Of a stretch of 32,000 nt of DNA, positions 8,190 to 15,449 are shown piece by piece. The position numbers were made by a program, and so were the translations under genes. Source of the stretch: an uncultured archaeon. Lineage in GTDB: Archaea; Iainarchaeota; Iainarchaeia; Iainarchaeales; Iainarchaeaceae. The DNA is taken from positions 13,773-45,772 of the forward strand of contig CAZNZM010000005.1 in assembly GCA_964577555.1 (NCBI GenBank). The letters are read 5' to 3'. The number at the start of each line of letters is the position of its first letter. The stretch's first letter is position 1. The notes under the pieces were generated by a model. It made no database searches and was not told the origin of the DNA. It was given only the letters and a program-made list of their open reading frames with translations.

Positions 8190-11100
8190 CTATTGTCCAA
8201 TGCATGTCCTTCCGGCTTCTAAAGAATTTGCAAAGCTTGAAATATTTTTTTGCCTGCCGTTATATGTATAAACGTATTGTGGGTTCCACCAGAATTTTAC
8301 TGAATTTCCAGTACTTGTAACGCATAACATGTTGTTTTCAACCATTTTGAAGGCATCCGAAATGCTTGCAATCCTGCCTGACAAACCCATTGAGTAGTCA
8401 TTATACTTCATACCAATTATCCCATTTAGCGTGACTTGTTTTCCGCTTTCATCAGGAGTCATGAATTCAACTCTTGATTCAGGTTTTGCCCTTATTTGCG
8501 TTTGCTTTTTCGGGTCTGAAAATATTATTGTCCTTAAATAAACGTCTCCAGAGTATTGTATCGAAGGCCAATCAATTGCATAACTTGATTTGTAATCGTT
8601 TATTTTGTCAGATTCCTTGCCTTGTCTGTCCGGTTTTTGATAAAATGCTTCTGTTACTGGCGCCCCTGTAAAGTCAAGGCAGTTTCCTGCTCCGTCCCAA
8701 TATGTAAGGCTTGTTCCAGTGCTGGTTGTAGCAGAATTTTCAATAATGCTGTAATAAGCATTCAAAGGTTGTGAACTTTTTTCAGAACTTATTTTCATTA
8801 TAAGCGGAGTTGCTTGCGAAGGCTGGAAAACTATTTTCGAACCTTTTCCTTCCTTGCTTGCTACTTCAAGCACCATGCCTCTTGTTTGCGGAGCCGTGTT
8901 CAAAGTATAAAGGTCATTATTGCTTGCAACCAAAATTTTTGATATTGCGTTGCTGCCTGAATCTTCAAAAGACATGACCGCATTTTTTCCATTATTAATT
9001 GCCACTATTGAAGTCCCGCCTTGGTTATAAAATGTTGCACCATAATTTTTTCTGTTTATTTTGTTGCCTTCCACGCCCACCAAACCGTCAAATGGAATAT
9101 AATAAAAAGGAGAATTTGGATTTGGATCTGCTATTCTTGTCATAATAATTGCAACATATCCCGTAATGCTTCCATTTTCCCTTATAAGCTTCCAATCGCC
9201 GCCAGTAAAATAAACAGCCAATTCAACCCTATAAAGCCCCGGATTGTTTATTTCAGAAGTATCCGCAAATTTCCTTCGCACAACAAATTTTCCTTCATCC
9301 ATTAATTTGTTGAAGCCTATTTTGTTTCCTTGGCTGTCACTTATCAAGCTTGTAAAGTATGAATCCGCATCAAAGAATTGGCCACTACTATAAGTTTTGC
9401 TGAAATCTAAAAAGAATTCTTTTGAATAATTGTCTTTTATCAAATAAGCGTCAAATATTAAAAGTTTTTGCAAGGCTTCCATATTCGGAATTGCTTTGGT
9501 CCATTTCACGTTTTTGCCTTCAATATATCTTATGAGTTGCGGAGTTCCTGCTATTGTTTCTGTGGTCCTGAATTCGCAAAACTTGGCTGCGTCGCCTTTT
9601 GTAGGGTCCCCGAAAAATATGGCATTTACAACGCTTCCTGATTGCTGTTTTTCTCCGGCAGTTGAACTTGAAATTGACGCGTTGAACAAATACGCTCCAT
9701 CTTCAAGGTTTGCGAAATCGCATGAAGCATTTCTTTTTTCGTCTTTTGAAATTCCAAGCAATTGCACTACGCAAGGCTCTAATTGTGTTGTTCCTTTGAC
9801 GCCTGAAACCGAAATGGTGGCGTCTTGATAGTCATCGGTTTTGTTTTCAACAGAAACATTGACTTTTATTTGGTTGTTTTCTTCTTTAAGCGTTATTTCT
9901 TTTACCCCTAAAAACCCATTTGGCACATTTCTTGACGAGCTTCCTTTGTATTGTTCTGCAATGCTGTTTGCTATTTCGCTTTTTGCATCTTTGGCAAACG
10001 AACATTCAAAATTGTAATTGTTTTCCTGCAAAAATTCGTTCAACATATTAAGTTTTTTGTTTAATTCAATGGTGAATTGCACTGCATCACAATAAACATA
10101 ATCGGGGTTGTCTGCGTCGCATTGATTGTAGGAAATTCCCCCTTCGTTTTCTTTCCAACTCCAATTAAATTTTACACGCGGCAAAGCGCCTTTTCCTGTT
10201 CTGCCTATTTCAAGTCCGTTTTGGCATGCAAAGCTGTCAAAAGTGGTTTTTGGAATGTAAGTTTTTTCTTCGGAAGTATTGAATTTGACGTGGAATTTTT
10301 GCGAATATACTTTGTCTTCCATATTGTTTAATGTATTGCATGGAACCATGTTTATCCAAAAATTCCCGAAATCTCCGTTAGTGCTTCCGGCTCTTCCGCA
10401 TTGTACTAATGCATTTTGGTGGGTTGGATCGCCGTGGATATGTTCTTTTGCCCGCATTGTGGCTATTGCATAAATAGGTTTTTCTTCCTCTGCAGACAAA
10501 TTTGTAAAAACAACGCCTACTACTTGTTTTCCATTCGGATTTGTTTTGTTGAATTTTTGTATTGCATCAGCAATATCCAACATCCATTCCCCTTTAAATC
10601 TCGAATCGCTTACAATTACATCAATAGCGTCAGGCCCAACATACCTTGGCTTGGTTTTGTCATCGGTTCCTACAAGATTTATAACGTAATCGTTGAGTGT
10701 GTGGGTTTCGAATTGTTCGCAAGGATCTTCTCCTAAAATAGTCATGAAAATTATTATGACAAATACTATTATTCCAACGACTGCGCCTATTCCCGTTGAT
10801 GCTCCGATTGCAAGAACAGTTATCAATCCTGCTGCTACGCCTGCAGCAGCGCCTCCTAATGCTATTCCTGCCTTTTCAGCATCATTAAGCCCGGAAGCGG
10901 CTTCTTCCCAAGCGCACTTGTTTGCTTTTACGTTTACTTTTTCTTGCAACATATAATTTGTTAAAGTTGCTTCGTCTTTCTTTCCTTTACCAATCATTGT
11001 GAATGCATATCTGTCCATTGAAAAGTATTCTCCTTCTTCAGGCTCCACAATAACATCGTACTCGGCTATTTGTCTGAATGTTCCGCCAGCAGGCTTTGCT

Positions 11101-14100
11101 TCTATTGTCAAACCATAAAAACCCGGTATTTCAAGCCTTGATACTTTTACATTTCTTGATTCCGCTTTAAGTCTTGTGAAATGATCTGGTTCAACAAGTA
11201 TTCCGCCTTCGTCTGTTCCGCCCCTGCATTGATAATTTTCTCTTCCCCCGCAAAACCTAAAATCCACTTCAACAGGACCGCAATCAACAGTATCAATTGT
11301 AAATTCCGCTTCTCTTTGGTTTGGTTTTAACTTTATGCCTTCGTCAGCCGCTGGAGTGAATTTTATGCATTGGTCAAGATTGGCTATTGCTATTGAACCT
11401 GAAATGTCATTGGTTGCTCCAACAAGTTGTTTTCCAGAATTTGTTTTGAGGCTTGCACCTATTTTTATTTTGAATTCGGCTTTTTTTCCTGTTGAATTCG
11501 GTTTTGGCACGAAAGTCATTCTTGCAGGATAAACCTTGCCATATTCCAATTTTTCAAGCAATACACTTGAAACGCTTTGTTGAAGTATTTCCCTGCCTAT
11601 TTGTCCGCTTGAAACATCTGTTACTGAAAATTCTATTTGCCCCAATTGACCCGTCTGTCCCTGCCAATTCACGGTTGCCTGCAAATTTGCCAAATCAATA
11701 GGCGTTTCTTCTTTTGATATGCAATTATTGACTATTTCAAATTCAAGCGAAGCTTGATTGTCAACCGTTGAATCCTGCCACTCAGCAGTTGAAAGCGAAA
11801 TACATGGGGCATTGGCAGGCATTTCAGCAAGGTTTATCAAAGCCTCGTATGGCAAGGAAGCAATCCAAATAGCGTTTCTGTCATTTGGAGTGCCAAACTC
11901 AAGCATGAAATTTCCTGAAATTTTTTTTTGCTGTTCAAGCAAATCAGCTTCAGAACCAACTGCTGATAACAAATTGATTTGTTTTGAATCAAGGCTTTGT
12001 ATTTGGTTTCCAACCCATTGCTGGACAAAAGTATTCATTCTTGCTTCATCCAGCAACCCTTTGGAGTTTATTGATTCGCGAATGCTTTTGATTGTAATTG
12101 GAATAGCTAAATTGTTTATTATTCTGACTTCCGAATTAGTCCCGCTTTTTACTTGCATATTCAAGGAAACCGAGACTTTTGATGGCTCAAATGAAACCAC
12201 TTCGCTTTTGAATTGTTTTTCAACAACGTTGGAAGCCAAACCTGATTTTTCAGCCCAAACAAACAATTTTGTTCCAGGCGAAGAAGCCGGCAAAAGCATT
12301 TTTGCGTTGCCGTTCCAATCGGTCACTGCACTGAATCTGGTTTCGCTTCTATCCGGCAAAACCCTTAAAGCGTAAATAACTGCTCTTTCAACGCCAAAGC
12401 CAGTGTCTTTTCCGGTGCTATAAGCAGCGTTTACAGAGATTTCTGTTTGAATATACGCCGGCAACGTTTGAGGCATTACTGACAAGCTTATGTTACCTTG
12501 CGCAAAAGGCAAAAAAGCGACAGGGCTTTTGAAAACCTCGGAATTGCCTGAGATTAAAGACAAAATCATGTTTTGCGGATTTGTGCTTTTTGGCTCTATT
12601 TCAATAATACCTCTCACGCTTTTGTTTTTTAAAAAATTTCCTGCTGCGATTTGTTCAATTTCATAACCTTGGTTTGTTGATGAAAACACCCTTCCATCGG
12701 CATTTGTAATTGAATAAGATTTAATCAAAAAGCCATTTTCATGTTCAATCTTTGCCGAAAAAGTTGCGTTGTTATATTCGTAATCGGAATTGTTTGTAAG
12801 AGTGAATTCCAAAACATATGGGCTGAATGTTTTCACTTTATATGGTTGTTCAATATACAGATTGGTTTCCTTGTCCAACAGCCTTGTTCTTAAACAAAAA
12901 TTCAAATTGCATAATTCTTCTATTCCTTCCAAAAACCTCAATTCATGGCTGTTTGCATAAAATCCTTTTTTTGATTGTGTGTCCGCCTCGTTGCCAAGAG
13001 TGTTGTCTGCAGGAACTCTAATATATCCTGAATCTGAAAAGGCATAAACTCTGTAATATAAAGGGAGTTCTGTTGAAGGCGCTGTGCCTGGCTTTATTCT
13101 TACATCAGCTTCAATTTCGTATTTTCCTGGTTCTGGCCTGTTCCATTGCACCGACACCCACTTTGCATTGCCTTGCGTTGTTTTTTCTTCATCATCTCCC
13201 AATGGCGGGTTGTATGTTTCTCCTTTGTTAATAAGCCGTGCAGGAACCCTTGTTGATTCTATCCATAAAACATCGCTAGCCACGTTTGCTTTGTCTCCCG
13301 CTCTGAAGAAAAAACCAGCTTCGGAATAATTTGAGTTGTTCGGAATTTCCATTAAAAACTTTGCAGTATAAAGCGAGCCTGCAGCAAGCGAAACAGCTTT
13401 TGTGTCCTTGTCTCTAAACATTCCTAAAAACATTATTTTTGGCTGGTTATCCGAACTTCCCTGTGTTAAAACCGCGTTGAATTGGATTGACTTGTTCGGC
13501 AACACTTGTTTTGGCGAGAAAAAATAAGATGCATAACCTTCTTTTCTTACAACAGCATACACGCTTTTGTCTGCTTTCACTTTCAAAGTGCCGGCGCCAT
13601 CAGGCCCAAGCGTTATTACTCCTATTGTTTTTCCATAATCCGCAATTAATTGTGCTTGAGCGCCAATCACAGGCAAGCCGTCTTCATTTACAGCCTTTAT
13701 GTTTATTGTGCCTTGTCCTATTGTAATACGCATTTGAACGTTGTTGTCTGTTGCAGGATTGACTTCAAACAATTCAGATTTTCCTTCGGCTGGGAATTTC
13801 TGAGCCAAAGCATAAAATTTACCCCTGCCTACACCCCTTATTGAAGCAACTCCGTTGAAATCAGTGATTCCGAAAGGATAAGCTGTCGCAACCAAACCAT
13901 CTTCGCCAAGCAGAATTACTTTTGCGTTTTCAACAGGCAAATTATCTTCATCAATGACCTTGACATTCAAATAACCGCATTTTGTAGGAGTGCACTTTTC
14001 AAGTTCAATGTTTATCCTTTGTTCGCTTCCCCTCGGAAAAGAAAACGTTGAAATTTCCCTTTTTGGCGAAGGAATAAAATCATTCTTGTAGGCACTGATA

Positions 14101-15218
14101 TAGTATGTTCCGCTGTCTTTCAAAAAGAACACCGCAGAACCGTTATAATCCTCGGTTTTTTTGCTTCCAACAATTCCGCTTGCATTGAAAAGAAAAACAT
14201 CAGCCCCACTGATTTTTGCTCCGCCTTTTTCCGAAACATTGACAACAAGTTTTAGCTTGACATCTTTTGAAACCAATATCTCTTTTTTAGAAATAATTCC
14301 TTCAACGACTTCAACAGGAATGCTTTGAGAAGCGTATTGCCCCGCGGGATCGCTTATCGCCGCAACGTAATTGCCCACAGGAATTCTTGTAAATGACACC
14401 TTGCCAAAGGAAGTTGCACCCTCTATTTCCGTAGGCGAATTTGAAGAATCAAAAAGCTTTACAAAAATGTCATTCAAATACCTTCCAGTATCAGCATCTT
14501 TTATATCCAAATCCAAATTACTTTTTGGCAAGTCCAAGCCTTGAAAATTAATTTGCCCGACTTTGGTTTGCACCATTGCAAAAGCCGATTTAAAACCAAC
14601 CGCAGTCGCACTTGCCTTTATTGTCCCGCAATTTTCCGGAGCCATTACCTTAAGCTCTCCTTCAGTTGTAACATACTCGTCTTTGTCAAAATTTTTTGCG
14701 GATTGAACAGTGCATGAAAGCTTGACCGAAATTTCTTTGCCAACAAGTTTTTTAGAGTCAGGGCCCACAAAAATCAAAGTGACTTCCCTTGCAGCTTGCG
14801 TCTTCGCAACCAAATCCATTTTCAATTCCATTTTAGCTCCTACGGAAACAATCAAATTTTTGTTTGAAACAGGCTTGTATCCTTCCTTGTTTGCCGAAAC
14901 CTTGAATTCCTTGCCAATGGGCAAATCAAACAAAGCTTCGCCGTTTGAATTTGTTTTCACTTCAAATTGGTTATCCGAGTCCTCGACCAGAACCTTTGCT
15001 TCGCTTATCGGATTGCCTTTGTCATCTTTTACAAGAACGCTTACCTGTGCGTTTTCAGGCTTTGCGTTCATAAAAAAAGCAAACGCCAAAATAATGAAAA
15101 TTACGAGTATTAAAATAATTGAATAAGGAAAAAAAGGTATTTTGCCTTTAAGAATCTCATACCTTCCGACAATTTCTTCTCTTATATTTGCCAGCTCCAT
15201 TGCAAAAAATATGTTCAT
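8190..15218 (-). CDS. giant membrane-anchored surface protein, paralog g2 (2342 aa by the track; 2336 aa if it starts at 15200)
   Basis: This is a 7029-nt uninterrupted ORF with a TAG stop. Its architecture matches g1, including LIFVGPD, KCTPTKCGYLNVKVID, QGNAKWV, EGGILVEP, the 47-aa Gly/Ala-rich hydrophobic segment, DYVINLV, YCDAVQFTI, SPFYYIPFDGLVG and FWWNP. The second ATG at 15200 gives MELANIREEIV, which matches the g1 N-terminus MEFDSIRELIE. A TATA-like TTTAATAA (15223..15230, minus strand) is centred about 26 nt upstream of 15200, so 15200 may be the true start. Confidence 0.96.
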   Translation of the reverse strand: MNIFFAMELANIREEIVGRYEILKGKIPFFPYSIILILVIFIILAFAFFMNAKPENAQVSVLVKDDKGNPISEAKVLVEDSDNQFEVKTNSNGEALFDLPIGKEFKVSANKEGYKPVSNKNLIVSVGAKMELKMDLVAKTQAAREVTLIFVGPDSKKLVGKEISVKLSCTVQSAKNFDKDEYVTTEGELKVMAPENCGTIKASATAVGFKSAFAMVQTKVGQINFQGLDLPKSNLDLDIKDADTGRYLNDIFVKLFDSSNSPTEIEGATSFGKVSFTRIPVGNYVAAISDPAGQYASQSIPVEVVEGIISKKEILVSKDVKLKLVVNVSEKGGAKISGADVFLFNASGIVGSKKTEDYNGSAVFFLKDSGTYYISAYKNDFIPSPKREISTFSFPRGSEQRINIELEKCTPTKCGYLNVKVIDEDNLPVENAKVILLGEDGLVATAYPFGITDFNGVASIRGVGRGKFYALAQKFPAEGKSELFEVNPATDNNVQMRITIGQGTINIKAVNEDGLPVIGAQAQLIADYGKTIGVITLGPDGAGTLKVKADKSVYAVVRKEGYASYFFSPKQVLPNKSIQFNAVLTQGSSDNQPKIMFLGMFRDKDTKAVSLAAGSLYTAKFLMEIPNNSNYSEAGFFFRAGDKANVASDVLWIESTRVPARLINKGETYNPPLGDDEEKTTQGNAKWVSVQWNRPEPGKYEIEADVRIKPGTAPSTELPLYYRVYAFSDSGYIRVPADNTLGNEADTQSKKGFYANSHELRFLEGIEELCNLNFCLRTRLLDKETNLYIEQPYKVKTFSPYVLEFTLTNNSDYEYNNATFSAKIEHENGFLIKSYSITNADGRVFSSTNQGYEIEQIAAGNFLKNKSVRGIIEIEPKSTNPQNMILSLISGNSEVFKSPVAFLPFAQGNISLSVMPQTLPAYIQTEISVNAAYSTGKDTGFGVERAVIYALRVLPDRSETRFSAVTDWNGNAKMLLPASSPGTKLFVWAEKSGLASNVVEKQFKSEVVSFEPSKVSVSLNMQVKSGTNSEVRIINNLAIPITIKSIRESINSKGLLDEARMNTFVQQWVGNQIQSLDSKQINLLSAVGSEADLLEQQKKISGNFMLEFGTPNDRNAIWIASLPYEALINLAEMPANAPCISLSTAEWQDSTVDNQASLEFEIVNNCISKEETPIDLANLQATVNWQGQTGQLGQIEFSVTDVSSGQIGREILQQSVSSVLLEKLEYGKVYPARMTFVPKPNSTGKKAEFKIKIGASLKTNSGKQLVGATNDISGSIAIANLDQCIKFTPAADEGIKLKPNQREAEFTIDTVDCGPVEVDFRFCGGRENYQCRGGTDEGGILVEPDHFTRLKAESRNVKVSRLEIPGFYGLTIEAKPAGGTFRQIAEYDVIVEPEEGEYFSMDRYAFTMIGKGKKDEATLTNYMLQEKVNVKANKCAWEEAASGLNDAEKAGIALGGAAAGVAAGLITVLAIGASTGIGAVVGIIVFVIIIFMTILGEDPCEQFETHTLNDYVINLVGTDDKTKPRYVGPDAIDVIVSDSRFKGEWMLDIADAIQKFNKTNPNGKQVVGVVFTNLSAEEEKPIYAIATMRAKEHIHGDPTHQNALVQCGRAGSTNGDFGNFWINMVPCNTLNNMEDKVYSQKFHVKFNTSEEKTYIPKTTFDSFACQNGLEIGRTGKGALPRVKFNWSWKENEGGISYNQCDADNPDYVYCDAVQFTIELNKKLNMLNEFLQENNYNFECSFAKDAKSEIANSIAEQYKGSSSRNVPNGFLGVKEITLKEENNQIKVNVSVENKTDDYQDATISVSGVKGTTQLEPCVVQLLGISKDEKRNASCDFANLEDGAYLFNASISSSTAGEKQQSGSVVNAIFFGDPTKGDAAKFCEFRTTETIAGTPQLIRYIEGKNVKWTKAIPNMEALQKLLIFDAYLIKDNYSKEFFLDFSKTYSSGQFFDADSYFTSLISDSQGNKIGFNKLMDEGKFVVRRKFADTSEINNPGLYRVELAVYFTGGDWKLIRENGSITGYVAIIMTRIADPNPNSPFYYIPFDGLVGVEGNKINRKNYGATFYNQGGTSIVAINNGKNAVMSFEDSGSNAISKILVASNNDLYTLNTAPQTRGMVLEVASKEGKGSKIVFQPSQATPLIMKISSEKSSQPLNAYYSIIENSATTSTGTSLTYWDGAGNCLDFTGAPVTEAFYQKPDRQGKESDKINDYKSSYAIDWPSIQYSGDVYLRTIIFSDPKKQTQIRAKPESRVEFMTPDESGKQVTLNGIIGMKYNDYSMGLSGRIASISDAFKMVENNMLCVTSTGNSVKFWWNPQYVYTYNGRQKNISSFANSLEAGRTCIGQ

Positions 15219-15222
15219 TTTG

Positions 15223-15230
15223 TTATTAAA
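15223..15230 (-). promoter_or_regulatory. TATA-box-like element upstream of g2
   Basis: The minus strand reads TTTAATAA, centred about 26 nt upstream of the ATG at 15200, which is the start homologous to the g1 start. A second candidate, TTTAAATA, lies at 15259..15266. Confidence 0.3.
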
Positions 15231-15282
15231 TTATTTGTTCAACCAATTGTCGGTTGCATATTTAAAAAGTCCGGTTATTAAA

Positions 15283-15420
15283 GGATTTTTTTTGCAAGCC
15301 ATTTTTTTGGAAAATTTTGAAATTTTTTTTGTTGTTTGTTTTGCGAGCCGTTTTTGTCATTTTTTTTGAACTTATTTTTTTTGTCATGTTTTTTTTGAAG
15401 AACAATTTTTGAAATTGGTT
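15283..15420. repeat. array of oligo-T tracts (T5-T9 on the plus strand) separated by short GC-containing islands, in the g3-g2 intergenic region
   Basis: Read directly as ggaT8 gcaagcca T7 gg..T8 g..ttttgcgagccgttttt gtca T8 gaactta T8 gtcatg T8 gaag. It shares the exact 17-mer ttttgcgagccgttttt (15339..15355) and the following island order (T-run gaa(c/t)ttat T-run ... gaag) with 31791..31850. Confidence 0.8.
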
Positions 15421-15449
15421 TTATTTGTTTGCGAATAACTTTATAGTTT

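Noticed and set aside
15283-15420. A possible CRISPR array or other spacer-repeat locus in the oligo-T/island regions (also 31571..32000).
   Set aside because: There is no conserved 25-40-nt repeat alternating with unique spacers of similar size. The units are irregular T-runs with 5-12-nt islands, and no cas genes are present.
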